A program made the translations under genes and the position numbers. Positions 8,793-19,628 of a stretch of 58,571 bases of DNA are shown here, in pieces (positions within the stretch are counted from its first letter, which is position 1; each line of letters begins with the position of its first letter). The stretch covers positions 1-58,571 of the forward strand of contig CAZQQV010000001.1 of the NCBI GenBank assembly GCA_964595655.1, in the 5' to 3' direction. The notes below the pieces were generated by a model, which did no database searches, was not told where the DNA came from, and saw only the letters and a program-made list of their open reading frames with translations. Source of the stretch: an uncultured Caldimicrobium sp. GTDB taxonomy: Bacteria; Desulfobacterota; Thermodesulfobacteria; Thermodesulfobacteriales; Thermodesulfobacteriaceae.

Positions 8793-10187
8793 ATGATAGA
8801 AGTAAAAAATCAGCTTAAGCTACTTCCTCAATTAATTTTGACGCCTCAACTCAAGCTATTACTTAAGGTCTTACAACTTAATACTCTGGAATTAAATGAA
8901 TATCTTCTTCAAGAGGCCCAGACTAATCCCTTCTTAGAAGTTGAATTCAACGATCTTGTGGAAAAGGCCCCTTCCTCAGAAAAAGAAGAGGTTGCCCTTA
9001 CAGATGAATTTGACTGGTCAAAGGAGGACATTTTTGAGAAAACAAAATTTTCCTTTCTATATGAAGAACCCGAAGATGAAGGCTCAATCCTTGAGAGAAC
9101 CGCTCGCAAAGAAGAAACCTTAACGGAACATCTTCTTTGGCAACTTGGTTTTATAGAATTATCAGCTAAGGAGAGAGAAATTGCCAATTTTATTATGGGT
9201 AATCTTAATGAACGAGGATATCTTGCTTTATCTGTTGAAGAGCTTGCAAAAGACCTTGGAGTTTCTCCCTCAGAAGTTGAAAAGGTGAGAAATCTTCTAA
9301 AAAAACTTGATCCTGTAGGAGTTGCCTCAAAGGACTTAAAGGAGTGTTTGCTCACTCAGCTTGAATTTATGGGATATTCAAAAGAAAGTTTACCCTATGT
9401 ACTTGTGGAAAAACATCTTGAAGAGATTCCTGAAGGAATTGAGTATTTATCACAAAAATATGGGTATGATCCCCAGATATTGGAAGAAGTTTTGTATATT
9501 ATAAGAAACCTTGAACCATATCCAGCAAGAAATTTCTTTAATCCCCAGAGCATTTATGTTGAACCCGATCTCAAATTTTACAAAGAGGAAGATGAATGGA
9601 AAGTAGAAGTGATAAAGGAAAAGTATCCCAAGGTTTACTTGAGTTCCCTTTATCACAAAATTGCTAAAAATAAGAGACTTTTGAATGAATCAAAGGGTAA
9701 GGAATTTCTCAAAGAAAAACTAAAGATTGCCGAAACTTTACTCAAGGCCTTAGATAGTAGATATTCAACCCTTTATAAAGTGGGTGAAGTTATATTACAA
9801 ACCCAAAAGGACTTCTTTGAAAAGGGAGCCAAATATTTAAAGCCACTCACTTTAAAGGATGTTGCACAAAAAATAGGGCTTCATGAGTCAACCATAAGCA
9901 GAGTAATCAGTCACAAATATGTGGATACTCCTTTAGGAATTTATCCTCTCAAATTTTTCTTCACTACAGGGTATAATACAGATTCTGGAAAAAGTGTTTC
10001 ATCAATAGCAATTAAAGATTATATCAAAGAAATTATAGAGAATGAAGACCCTAAAAAACCATATAGTGATAGTCAAATAGCCAAAATTTTAAAGGAAAAA
10101 TATGGCATTAGTATAGCAAGAAGGACTATTACTAAATACCGGGAAGAACTAAATATACCATCTATAAGAGAGAGAAAAAAAATATAG
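8793..10187 (+). CDS. rpoN: RNA polymerase sigma-54 factor
   Basis: LHESTISR and RpoN box ARRTITKYRE. Confidence 0.97.
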   Translation: MIEVKNQLKLLPQLILTPQLKLLLKVLQLNTLELNEYLLQEAQTNPFLEVEFNDLVEKAPSSEKEEVALTDEFDWSKEDIFEKTKFSFLYEEPEDEGSILERTARKEETLTEHLLWQLGFIELSAKEREIANFIMGNLNERGYLALSVEELAKDLGVSPSEVEKVRNLLKKLDPVGVASKDLKECLLTQLEFMGYSKESLPYVLVEKHLEEIPEGIEYLSQKYGYDPQILEEVLYIIRNLEPYPARNFFNPQSIYVEPDLKFYKEEDEWKVEVIKEKYPKVYLSSLYHKIAKNKRLLNESKGKEFLKEKLKIAETLLKALDSRYSTLYKVGEVILQTQKDFFEKGAKYLKPLTLKDVAQKIGLHESTISRVISHKYVDTPLGIYPLKFFFTTGYNTDSGKSVSSIAIKDYIKEIIENEDPKKPYSDSQIAKILKEKYGISIARRTITKYREELNIPSIRERKKI

Positions 10188-10191
10188 GAGG

Positions 10192-10701
10192 GTGCCCATG
10201 GAGTTTAATTTTACATTCAAAGGAATGGAATCATCCCCTGCTATTGCTCAGTATGCCGAGAAAAAACTATCCAAGCTTGAAAAGTATTTTTTAGGTCCTG
10301 TTCAGGCTCAAGTTATATTTAGAAGAGAAAAATTTCGTGAAATATGTGAAGTTATTTTAAACGGAGATGGAGAAACTCTGGTTGTTAAAGAGGAAACAGA
10401 TGATATTTATTCCTCCATTGACTTTGCTTACGAATCCCTTGAAAAACAGGTTAAAAAACTAAAAGAAAAGAGACAAGCCCACAGACCTCAAAGAACTCCT
10501 ATTCCCACAGGAGAAACTGAGGAAACCGGAGTTTTGGTAACAAGGGTTGAGGCTATACCTCTTTCTGCTCAGGATGCCTTAAATCTTTTCAGAAAAGACA
10601 GAGCCAAGGTGTTTTTCTTCTACAATACAGATGAAGACAAGGTTTGCTGTTTCTATAGAGAAAATGATAAAATTTATCTTTATATTCCTGAATTGCCCTA
10701 A
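10192..10701 (+). CDS. hpf: Ribosome hibernation promoting factor HPF/RaiA
   Basis: YAEKKLSKLEKYF, DIYSSID..LEKQVKK; canonical position after rpoN. Confidence 0.88.
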   Translation: MPMEFNFTFKGMESSPAIAQYAEKKLSKLEKYFLGPVQAQVIFRREKFREICEVILNGDGETLVVKEETDDIYSSIDFAYESLEKQVKKLKEKRQAHRPQRTPIPTGETEETGVLVTRVEAIPLSAQDALNLFRKDRAKVFFFYNTDEDKVCCFYRENDKIYLYIPELP

Positions 10702-11573
10702 TGGACATTTTTCTTGTTTTAATTACGGGGGAATCTGGTGCGGGAAAAAGCACCGCATTAAGAGCCTTTGAAGATCTTGGTTATTTAGCTGTTGATAACT
10801 TTCCCCTAAAACTTCTTTTTCCTTTTCTTGAAGAGGTAGTTAAAGGTGAAATGGCTAAGAAAGTGGCCTTGGTCTGTGATATCAGAGATCCCTCTTTTCT
10901 CCAAGAATTTCCTGAGGTTATAAAAGAACTTAAAAACCGGGGGATCCCCTTTGAAATTTTATACTTATATGCCGATTTAAAGGTTCTAATCACAAGATTT
11001 AGTCAAACAAGAAGACATCATCCTCTTTTAAAGGAGTTTAAGGATTTAAATAGGGCTATTGAAGTAGAAAAAGAAAGATTAGCCTTTTTAAAAGAATATG
11101 CAACAATTTTCATTGACTCCTCTCAATTTAATGTCCACCAATTAAGACATGAAATCTTTAAACTCTTTGGATTAAAGGAAGAAGTTGATAAAATCATACT
11201 CCACTTAATTGCCTTTGGTTATAAATACGGCATCCCCTATGAGGCAAATTATCTCTTTGATGCAAGGGTGCTTCCTAATCCATACTTTGTTCCTGAGCTC
11301 AAGCCATTGAGCGGAAAAGATGAGGCAGTAAAACAATACCTTCTTGAAGACCCTATTACCCTTGAATTTCTGGAAAGGGTCTCTAATTTTATTAAATGGA
11401 TTATTCCCCTTCATCAAAGGGAGGGAAGAAAATTTATAACTGTTGGTGTGGGATGTACGGGAGGAAGACATAGAAGCCCCGCTATTATTCTTATGCTCCA
11501 TGAAAATTTAAAAGATTTAAAGGAGGTTGAAATAGTTCTTACTTTGAGAGATGTTGACAGAGATACAGATTGA
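10701..11573 (+). CDS. rapZ: RNase adapter RapZ (P-loop)
   Basis: ITGESGAGKS, DNFP, FGYKYG, LPNPYF, GCTGGRHRS. Confidence 0.93.
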   Translation: MDIFLVLITGESGAGKSTALRAFEDLGYLAVDNFPLKLLFPFLEEVVKGEMAKKVALVCDIRDPSFLQEFPEVIKELKNRGIPFEILYLYADLKVLITRFSQTRRHHPLLKEFKDLNRAIEVEKERLAFLKEYATIFIDSSQFNVHQLRHEIFKLFGLKEEVDKIILHLIAFGYKYGIPYEANYLFDARVLPNPYFVPELKPLSGKDEAVKQYLLEDPITLEFLERVSNFIKWIIPLHQREGRKFITVGVGCTGGRHRSPAIILMLHENLKDLKEVEIVLTLRDVDRDTD

Positions 11574-12003
11574 GGAAAATAAAAGCTTAAATAATATAGA
11601 AGAGCTTTTTCTTATTGAAAGAGAGTGTTTTCAAGATATGGCCTGGTCAAAAACTATGTTGAAAGAGGAATTGAAGAATCCCTTTTCCAAATGCTTTGTT
11701 GCTAAAGAAAAAAATAATGTGCTTGGATATCTTTTGGGAAGGGTAATTCTTGATGAAGGAGAAATTTTGAGATTGGCCGTAAGACCAGCCTTTCAAAAAA
11801 GGGGAATCGGAAGCAAACTTTTGGCTTCCTTTTTGGAGGAACTAAAAAATTTAAAGATAAAGAGGGTGTTTTTAGAGGTTTCTGAAGAAAATAAAAGGGC
11901 TTTAAGGCTTTATCAAAAATTTAATTTTAATTTTCTTTATTTTCGCAAAAATTATTATGAAAAAAATAAAGCCTTAGTGATGGAATGTGAAATTCTAAAA
12001 TAA
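11551..12003 (+). CDS. rimI: Ribosomal-protein alanine N-acetyltransferase RimI (GNAT)
   Basis: LAVRPAFQKRGIG, LEVSEEN..A..LY.KFNF....RKNYY. Confidence 0.85.
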   Translation: MLTEIQIEENKSLNNIEELFLIERECFQDMAWSKTMLKEELKNPFSKCFVAKEKNNVLGYLLGRVILDEGEILRLAVRPAFQKRGIGSKLLASFLEELKNLKIKRVFLEVSEENKRALRLYQKFNFNFLYFRKNYYEKNKALVMECEILK

Positions 12004-12018
12004 AGGGAGGGGCAGACT

Positions 12019-13026
12019 ATGATTAAAGTGGGAATTAATGGATTTGGAAGAATTGGAAGAGCAGTTCTCAGAGCGCGTTTTAAATATCCTGAATTCAACC
12101 AGATCGAAATTGTGGCTATAAACGATCTTTCCTCACCAGAAATGCTTGCCCATTTGTTTAAATATGACTCTATTTTTGGTAGACTTCCCTATGAGGTTTA
12201 TGTTGAAGGGGATTATATTATCGTCAATGAAAAAAAAATTCGTATCTTTCAGGAAAGGGATCCTGAAAACATTCCCTGGAAAGAAGTTGGTGTTGATTAT
12301 GTAATTGAATCTACTGGGTTTTTTACCGATGGAGAGCTTGCAAGGAAGCATCTTAAAGCTGGAGCCAAAAGGGTAATTATTTCAGCGCCTGCTAAAAATG
12401 AGGATGTAACCATTGTGATGGGTGTAAATGAGGATATGTATGATCCCACAAAGCACTACATTGTCTCCAATGCCTCTTGCACAACAAACTGCCTTGCCCC
12501 AATTCTTGCGCTTCTAAAAAAATACTTTGAAATTGAAAAGGGCTTTATGATTACAGTGCATGCTTACACCAATGACCAGCGTCTTCTTGATATGGTTCAT
12601 CCTAAGGATTTCAGAAGGGCAAGGGCAGCAGCCCTAAATATGATTCCCACAAGCACAGGGGTTATGAAAGCTCTTAAGAAGATACTTCCTGACCTTGCAG
12701 ATAAGTTCGAGGGGTTATCCATAAGGGTTCCAACCCCTGATGTCTCTCTATTACAACTGGTTGTTAAAATAAAGGGCGAGACCAATCCCTATGAATTGAA
12801 TAAAATTTTTAAGGAAAATCAGAATCGCTATATTAGATATATAGAAGAACCCCTTGTATCTATGGATCTTGTCGGAGATCCTCATAGTGCCATAATTGAC
12901 GGCTTATCCACAAAAGTGGTTGGGGGAGATTTATTACAGATTTTAGCTTGGTATGATAATGAATGGGGTTATTCTGTTAGACTCCTTGATTTGGTAAATT
13001 ATATGATCAGTAAAGAATACCTCTAA
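12019..13026 (+). CDS. gap: Type I glyceraldehyde-3-phosphate dehydrogenase
   Basis: GINGFGRIGR, ASCTTNCL, WYDNEWGYS. Confidence 0.97.
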   Translation: MIKVGINGFGRIGRAVLRARFKYPEFNQIEIVAINDLSSPEMLAHLFKYDSIFGRLPYEVYVEGDYIIVNEKKIRIFQERDPENIPWKEVGVDYVIESTGFFTDGELARKHLKAGAKRVIISAPAKNEDVTIVMGVNEDMYDPTKHYIVSNASCTTNCLAPILALLKKYFEIEKGFMITVHAYTNDQRLLDMVHPKDFRRARAAALNMIPTSTGVMKALKKILPDLADKFEGLSIRVPTPDVSLLQLVVKIKGETNPYELNKIFKENQNRYIRYIEEPLVSMDLVGDPHSAIIDGLSTKVVGGDLLQILAWYDNEWGYSVRLLDLVNYMISKEYL

Positions 13027-13029
13027 GGA

Positions 13030-16000
13030 ATGGAAACCATACCTTTTACTTCTAAGGCTTTACTTGCAAACTTACAGCAAACAAGAGTTCCTGAAATTAG
13101 GTATGATTCAAAGTACGATCTTTTACAAACTATCTTTAAAGATTTCCCAGCCCTAAAGAATCAAATCTCCTTTTTGTTAAAGGAGATCTTTCATCCCTAT
13201 AGAAATAATCAACTGGTTCTTGAGGATTTTAGGGCCTTTTTTCTGAGAAATCTCACGGTTATCCTTAACAGCCCTTACCGAGAAAGGGGGTTGTATTTCC
13301 TTTTTGAACTACTTTTTAATTTTTTCGGAGCCGATAAAACAACCAACATTAAAGCCTGTGAGATATACTACTCCCTTTTTGAAAAAACTGTTGAAATTCT
13401 TGATGAAAGGGATTGGCAATCCCTTTCTTCTATATTAAAGGAGATCCTCAAAGCTGGAGCTGAGCTACCTGAAGAAATTTTTTCTAATTTTTTGGAAAGC
13501 TATTATTCTTTCAAAAGATTGGCAAAAAAACTTCTCAAATTCTCTCTTGATGAGGATTTTGAGAAAATTCTTTTTAAACTTTTGAAAAGATACTATGGGT
13601 TAACTTATCATCTTTGGAGTAAAGAGGGAAATCTCAATATTTTAGATATTGAGGTTTATAAAAGGAGATTAGTTGAGGAGGGGCTTTCCCTTTTTGAACT
13701 TTTGGAGCTTCCTGATCATCTTGATCTTTTGCGGGAGGTCAAAAATTATATTCGAAGGATCTGTGATGAAGAAGAGGAGCTCATTCCTGAAGAGGAGAAA
13801 ATATCCATTCTTTTTAATTTAATTGAAAATCCCATTCTTCAGTTAATTCATGAGGAACTTCTTAAAGAAATTAATCAAATTCTCATTAAAATGATAGAAA
13901 AGAAAACCTCAGAGAAACTTGAGGACTTTCTTATAAAATTTTTCTCCATTTTAAAGGAGAAAAAAACTCTTTATCCCAGAACAGCCTTTGAGTGTATAAA
14001 AAACACTGCAGTTTCCATTCTAAATAAAAGGGCGGTTTATCTTGCTGAGGTTTTAATAAATGAAATTATTAAATACGGCTTTTTTCCACCTCAAATTGAA
14101 GGAATTGACGAACACTGGAGAATAAAAGATAATCCCCATCATCTTTTAAATATTAAATACTGGTTAGAAATCTTTAGAGTTCATCCAGAGTGGTGCTCAA
14201 GCTTACTTTCCGCTCTCCACCTTAATCTTAGGCTTTATGGACTATCCATAAAAGATACTGATCTTTTTCAAAGAGAAATAACAGCCCTGTTAAATGCTCC
14301 TATCAGACCCATCTATAATCTGGTTAAACAATTCTGCAAAATCTTTCCCATTTACTTCAACGAAATCGGAGCAGAAGGGCTAATCAGAGATTTATCTACA
14401 GAAATTGATGAAATGTTTCAAAGAAAAGATACTCTTATTCATTTTTTGAGAAAATTTATTCACATTGAAAATTCAAGCCTTGCTATAGAATTTATAAAAA
14501 ATATTTTTAATTTTTGGTTTACTCTTGATGGTAAGTATATTAAAAAATATTTACCAGAGCCTATTTGGAAGCGTGTAGTAAAAGATGAACTTTATTATCA
14601 TATTCCTATGCAAACTCTTCTAATTGAAATTTTCAAAACTATTTCAAAGTATGAAATTGAGGAGTTGCTTGAAACCGATATTGAAACTTTAAATAAAAGT
14701 TTACAAAATGTTAATTATGATGAAACATACAAGAAAAAATTTATTTATCTATTAAAACTTTATAGACTGGAAAAACAAAAATATTTTGGTTATTTAACGG
14801 ATTTAGAATCTTTTATTGCACAATATAAAGAATCTGGCTTTGAATTCGTTGAAGAAATTCAAAATATCTTGAAAGAAAGTAATGAATTTAAAAAATTAAA
14901 TACGCTTCTTAAATGGTTAGAGGAATTAAAAGAAAAATATATATTATCAGAAAAGAAATTTGAACCGATTGAAGAAATAATTATTAAAAGACACATAGCT
15001 GTTGATATTCCCTCTATGTATGGAAAATATAAAGAAAAAAAATTTGATGCCTTAGGTTTAACTTATAGACTCGAATATATAGTTGATAAAATTTTTGCAC
15101 AGATTGTTAATGATTTTAAGATTGATTTTTTAACTAAAAATCAATTTTATAGAATTCTTAAAATTTTAAAGGCCTTTAAACGAGCTTTAGAAATTGATGG
15201 AATTTCTTCAAAGAAATTTAATCTTTATTTGGATTTACTTGAAAGCTCTTTAAAAAGTTATCCCCTATCTTTTGATCAATATCTTGATATATTCAAAGGA
15301 TTAATTGATGGTGTTCAACATATAATAAAATCTTATTATATTAATCCATATTTAAAAGTGTTTCCAATAGTATATGAAGTTTTAAAAGAAGAAGAGCTTT
15401 TAGAAAAATATAAAAAAAGAATCATAAACAAACATGATGAAGAAAAATATTATTGTTTAAGTGAACTTGTTTTGAGAGATATTTTAAGTTCAGGATTTAT
15501 AATACAATATTTAGATCAATTTTTGAAAAAAGTCTATCAAGCCCTTATTAAAAGTAAAGAAGAAGTTAATAGTAAAGATTTAAATACTTTATTAACTTTT
15601 GATTGGAGAAAAAGTTTAAGTTTTCTTTACAAACCCAATTATTTAGCAAATGATCTTATATATCTTGGAAGTAAAGCCTTTAACCTTATACAGTTATCAA
15701 ATCTTTTGCCGTCTCCTTTAAAAATTCCTCATGGCTTTGTTCTCACTACAGAAATTTTCCGCTGTTACAAGCTTTTTAAAAAGTATTCTTCTCTTTGGAA
15801 GGAATACGAAAAGGTTATCCTTGAGGCTATAAATGCTCTTGAAGAAAGAACTGGCAAGAAATTCGGTGACAAATCCAATCCTCTTCTTCTGAGTGTTCGC
15901 TCAGGGGCTGCTATATCCATGCCTGGAATGATGACTTCTATTCTTAATGTAGGTATAAATCCTGAGATTGCAGAAGGTCTTGCTGAAAAAACTCAAAATG

Positions 16001-17142
16001 TCTGGTTTGCATGGGATACTTATAGACGCTTTGTTCAAAACTGGGCTATGTCCTTAGGTGTCTCAAGGGATTTCTTTAACAGACTCATGAGAGAACACAA
16101 GAGAAAATACGGGGTCAAGTTAAAGAGAGAGTTTAGCGGGGCTGAAATGAAGGAGCTTGCCTTATTATATAGAAGGGAAGTAGAAAAATTAGGCATACAT
16201 ATAACTGATGACCCCTTGGAGCAGCTTTTCAAAAGCATTGAATTTATCTTAAATTCTTGGTATCACAAAAAGGCAGTCTATTACAGGGAAATTATGGAAA
16301 TTGCCGAAGAATGGGGAACAGCAGTAATCGTTCAGGAAATGGTTTTTGGAAACTTTGGCCCAAAATCGGGAACAGGCGTTACCTTTACCACTTCACCTCA
16401 TGGGAAGTTTCCAAGAATACTTCTTTGGGGAGACTATACACCCTATAATCAGGGAGAAGATATTGTTTCAGGGCTTGTTAATGCCTATCCTATATCTATT
16501 GAGCAAAAAAGGTTAGAAAACCGAGTTGGCCCTTCTCTTGAGGAGGCTTTCCCCAAAATTTATGAAGCCCTGCTTAATCTTGCCTATAAACTCGTTTATG
16601 AGGAAGGATGGGATCATCAGGAAATTGAATTTACCTTTCAGAGCGAAAACCCTGAAGACTTGTATATCCTTCAGGTAAGGGATATCATATTGAGAGAAGA
16701 AAAGATACTTCCAAGCTTTCAAAAGAAATCCCTTGAGAATCTTCTCTATCTTGGACGAGGCATTGGGGTGTCAGGAAGTATCCTCTCTGGAAGGGTAGTT
16801 TTTAATTTAGAGGATATTTTAAAACTGAAAGAGGAGGGAGATCCGCTTATTCTTTTGAGATACGATACTGTTCCTGAAAATATAAAGGAGATTTCCATGG
16901 TTGATGGTATCTTAACTGCAAGGGGAGGGCAGACCTCTCATGCTGCCATTGTGGCTGGCCGGCTTGGGAAAGTCTGTGTGGTTGGTTGTGAAGAACTTAG
17001 AATTGATGAAATTGAAAAATTCGCTAAATTAAGAGAACAAATAATAAAACTTGGGGAGTGGATCACCCTCAATGGAATAACAGGAGATATTTATAAAGGC
17101 AAAATTCAACAAAAAGGAGGTGGCTATGAAATTAGGAATTAA
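13030..17142 (+). CDS. Large PPDK-like dikinase: ~870-aa unknown N-terminal region, ATP-grasp domain, phospho-His swivel domain; no PEP/pyruvate TIM barrel
   Basis: LGSKAFNL, PLLLSVRSGAAISMPGMM, VQEMVFGN..SGTGV, QGEDIVSG, GGQTSHAAIVA close to the C-terminus. Confidence 0.85.
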   Translation: METIPFTSKALLANLQQTRVPEIRYDSKYDLLQTIFKDFPALKNQISFLLKEIFHPYRNNQLVLEDFRAFFLRNLTVILNSPYRERGLYFLFELLFNFFGADKTTNIKACEIYYSLFEKTVEILDERDWQSLSSILKEILKAGAELPEEIFSNFLESYYSFKRLAKKLLKFSLDEDFEKILFKLLKRYYGLTYHLWSKEGNLNILDIEVYKRRLVEEGLSLFELLELPDHLDLLREVKNYIRRICDEEEELIPEEEKISILFNLIENPILQLIHEELLKEINQILIKMIEKKTSEKLEDFLIKFFSILKEKKTLYPRTAFECIKNTAVSILNKRAVYLAEVLINEIIKYGFFPPQIEGIDEHWRIKDNPHHLLNIKYWLEIFRVHPEWCSSLLSALHLNLRLYGLSIKDTDLFQREITALLNAPIRPIYNLVKQFCKIFPIYFNEIGAEGLIRDLSTEIDEMFQRKDTLIHFLRKFIHIENSSLAIEFIKNIFNFWFTLDGKYIKKYLPEPIWKRVVKDELYYHIPMQTLLIEIFKTISKYEIEELLETDIETLNKSLQNVNYDETYKKKFIYLLKLYRLEKQKYFGYLTDLESFIAQYKESGFEFVEEIQNILKESNEFKKLNTLLKWLEELKEKYILSEKKFEPIEEIIIKRHIAVDIPSMYGKYKEKKFDALGLTYRLEYIVDKIFAQIVNDFKIDFLTKNQFYRILKILKAFKRALEIDGISSKKFNLYLDLLESSLKSYPLSFDQYLDIFKGLIDGVQHIIKSYYINPYLKVFPIVYEVLKEEELLEKYKKRIINKHDEEKYYCLSELVLRDILSSGFIIQYLDQFLKKVYQALIKSKEEVNSKDLNTLLTFDWRKSLSFLYKPNYLANDLIYLGSKAFNLIQLSNLLPSPLKIPHGFVLTTEIFRCYKLFKKYSSLWKEYEKVILEAINALEERTGKKFGDKSNPLLLSVRSGAAISMPGMMTSILNVGINPEIAEGLAEKTQNVWFAWDTYRRFVQNWAMSLGVSRDFFNRLMREHKRKYGVKLKREFSGAEMKELALLYRREVEKLGIHITDDPLEQLFKSIEFILNSWYHKKAVYYREIMEIAEEWGTAVIVQEMVFGNFGPKSGTGVTFTTSPHGKFPRILLWGDYTPYNQGEDIVSGLVNAYPISIEQKRLENRVGPSLEEAFPKIYEALLNLAYKLVYEEGWDHQEIEFTFQSENPEDLYILQVRDIILREEKILPSFQKKSLENLLYLGRGIGVSGSILSGRVVFNLEDILKLKEEGDPLILLRYDTVPENIKEISMVDGILTARGGQTSHAAIVAGRLGKVCVVGCEELRIDEIEKFAKLREQIIKLGEWITLNGITGDIYKGKIQQKGGGYEIRN

Positions 17143-18358
17143 TGGATTAGGAAGAATTGGAAAGCTTACTCTTTGGCATCACATAGCAAGAAAATATTTC
17201 TCCGAAATTGTGGTAAATCTTGGGCGAAATGTAGGGACCTCTTTCACTGATCTTGCAGAGTATATTGAAAAGGATAGCACCTATGGGTGGCTCCCAGTAT
17301 GGTTATATGGACATAAAGCCAATAGAGTTATTGAGGAAATCAATGAAAAAGAAAAGACCATGGTTATTGACGGTGTAAAAGTAAGGTTTCTTATGAATCA
17401 CAGAAATCCCAAGGATATAGAGTGGAAAGAGCACGGGGTAAGACTTGTGGTTGATTGCACAGGAAAATTCAGGGATCCAACGGTTGATCCTGATGATCCC
17501 AAGGGCTCAGTAAGAGGCCATCTTGTTGCAGGCGCTGAAAAGGTAATAGTTTCAGCTCCCTTCAAGGTGAAAAACAAAGAAAAGGGTCTTCCCGAAGATA
17601 CCATTACCATGGTCTATGGTATTAATGAAGAAATGTATCAACCAGACAAACACCATATAATTTCTTCAGCCTCATGTACAACTACCTGCCTTGCCTATAT
17701 GATGAAACCCCTTCTTGATTATTTTGGGGCAGACCGCATACTCTCAGCCTCAATGGTTACAGTCCATGCAACCACATCCTCTCAATCCATATTAGATAGA
17801 GTTCCAAAGGATGGAGAAAAGGATCTTCGCAGAGCAAGAAGTGTGTTTAATAACATCATTCTTACTACCACCGGAGCAGCTGAGGCCTTAGCCCTTGTGA
17901 TTCCTGAAATGAAAAGAATTGGATTTATGGCAGAAAGTGTAAGAGTTCCCTTAACCACTGGAAGTCTTATTATTTTAACAATTAATATTCAAGACGAATC
18001 CCTTGAGAGCCATATTAATAAAGACCTTATTAACCAGATTTACAAGGAGGCTGCTGAAACCAAGTATAAGGGATATCTTATCTTCTCTATGGAACAAAAT
18101 GTTTCAACGGACATTATCGGCTATCCGAAGGCTGCAGCTATTATTGAGGGAAGGGAAACCCATACAAGGACTGCCACTGCTAAAGTGGATGTAAGAAAGG
18201 TTTGCGGAGTCATCCCAGATGGAAGCCAGCTTCCCACAGAACAGATTGAGATTCCTATCACTCAAGCGGTAATTTATGGATGGTATGACAATGAGCTTGC
18301 CTCCTATACTCATCTTATGGGAGATCTAACTGTTTATATTGCGGAGAAGATGCTATAA
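17120..18358 (+). CDS. Divergent GAPDH-family dehydrogenase (412 aa, with insertions)
   Basis: GINGLGRIGK, SASCTTTCL, TVHA, TTTGAA, WYDNE. Confidence 0.88.
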   Translation: MAMKLGINGLGRIGKLTLWHHIARKYFSEIVVNLGRNVGTSFTDLAEYIEKDSTYGWLPVWLYGHKANRVIEEINEKEKTMVIDGVKVRFLMNHRNPKDIEWKEHGVRLVVDCTGKFRDPTVDPDDPKGSVRGHLVAGAEKVIVSAPFKVKNKEKGLPEDTITMVYGINEEMYQPDKHHIISSASCTTTCLAYMMKPLLDYFGADRILSASMVTVHATTSSQSILDRVPKDGEKDLRRARSVFNNIILTTTGAAEALALVIPEMKRIGFMAESVRVPLTTGSLIILTINIQDESLESHINKDLINQIYKEAAETKYKGYLIFSMEQNVSTDIIGYPKAAAIIEGRETHTRTATAKVDVRKVCGVIPDGSQLPTEQIEIPITQAVIYGWYDNELASYTHLMGDLTVYIAEKML

Positions 18359-18790
18359 ATGATAAGAAGAAAGGGAAGAGAAATAGCCCTTCAGGTTCTC
18401 TACCAAATGGATATAACAGGTTTTGATCCGGAAACAGCCTTAAAGGCATACAAAGAACATTTAAATCTTGAGGATGAAAGGGCCTTTTCCTTTGGTGAAG
18501 AACTTGTAAAAGGAGTTTATAATAACAGAGAATTTATTGACAGCCTAATAAGAAAATATACTCCCTCTTGGCCCTTTGAAAGATTAAATCTTACTGATAA
18601 AAACATTTTGCGTCTGGCTATTTACGAATTTTTCTTCAGACCCGATATACCTCCTGTTGTTAGTATTAATGAGGCTATTGAGCTTGCCAAAATTTATGGG
18701 ACTGATGAATCTCCCTCTTTTGTAAACGGGGTTCTTGATAGTATATACAAGAATGAACTTCTCAAAAAAGAAAAGGCCCTCTTTAAATGA
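18359..18790 (+). CDS. nusB: Transcription antitermination factor NusB
   Basis: [38 protein letters not shown]. Confidence 0.96.
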   Translation: MIRRKGREIALQVLYQMDITGFDPETALKAYKEHLNLEDERAFSFGEELVKGVYNNREFIDSLIRKYTPSWPFERLNLTDKNILRLAIYEFFFRPDIPPVVSINEAIELAKIYGTDESPSFVNGVLDSIYKNELLKKEKALFK

Positions 18791-19628
18791 AATTTTGACT
18801 CCCTCTTTTTGGGTAAAACTTAGCACTCAAAAAGAGGGAGTTTCTCCTTTTTTAAAAAAGGATTTTTGGGAATTAATTGCAAGTGACTATGATGCCCTTG
18901 AAGAAACACCTTTTTACAGAGCTATGCAAGAAGATATTATTTCTGAAATGGAAAAAAGGGGCGCCCTACAAAGGGAATTTACTTTTTTTGATGTAGCCTG
19001 TGGAACGGGAAATTATACCATAAAAATAGCTCCAAAGGTTTCAAAAGTCTATGCCCTGGACATTTCACCAGCTATGTTAAACCTTTTGCGAGAAAAAATG
19101 AAAAAAGCCAACATTAATAATGTAGAAATTATCGAAGCTGATTGGAGAAAATACCAGCCTGAAAGAACCTTTGATACCGTCTTTGTTTCAATGACCCCTA
19201 TTTTGAGGGATCTTAAAGAAGTAAAAAGACTTTTTGATATAGCAGAAAAGTTTTTGATTATTGTAAGCTGGGCTGGTCTAAGAAAAAATTTGCTTCTTGA
19301 AGAAATTGAAAGGAAATTCTTTAGAGGCAATAAAGGTGATAAAAACCCTGGCATTTTGTTAATTTTCAATTATTTTTATACTCTTGGTTGTCCAGGAGAT
19401 GTTAAGTTTTATGAAGGTATTTTTGAAAGAAAATCCACCCTTGAAAAGATTTGGACAAGATTTAAGTTTCGTTTAACCTCTAAGGGTTACAAAATCAGTA
19501 AAGTAAAAGAAAGGCAGATAATAGAATTTTTGAAAGAAAAGGAAAAAAATGGATATATTGAAACCAAAACCCAAGTAAGAATAGGAGCTATGTTTATTCA
19601 TAAAGAAAAGAAGGAGGAAGTGTTATAA
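18735..19628 (+). CDS. Class I SAM-dependent methyltransferase; start uncertain (possibly 18753)
   Basis: DVACGTG motif [10 protein letters not shown]. Confidence 0.8.
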   Translation: MIVYTRMNFSKKKRPSLNEILTPSFWVKLSTQKEGVSPFLKKDFWELIASDYDALEETPFYRAMQEDIISEMEKRGALQREFTFFDVACGTGNYTIKIAPKVSKVYALDISPAMLNLLREKMKKANINNVEIIEADWRKYQPERTFDTVFVSMTPILRDLKEVKRLFDIAEKFLIIVSWAGLRKNLLLEEIERKFFRGNKGDKNPGILLIFNYFYTLGCPGDVKFYEGIFERKSTLEKIWTRFKFRLTSKGYKISKVKERQIIEFLKEKEKNGYIETKTQVRIGAMFIHKEKKEEVL

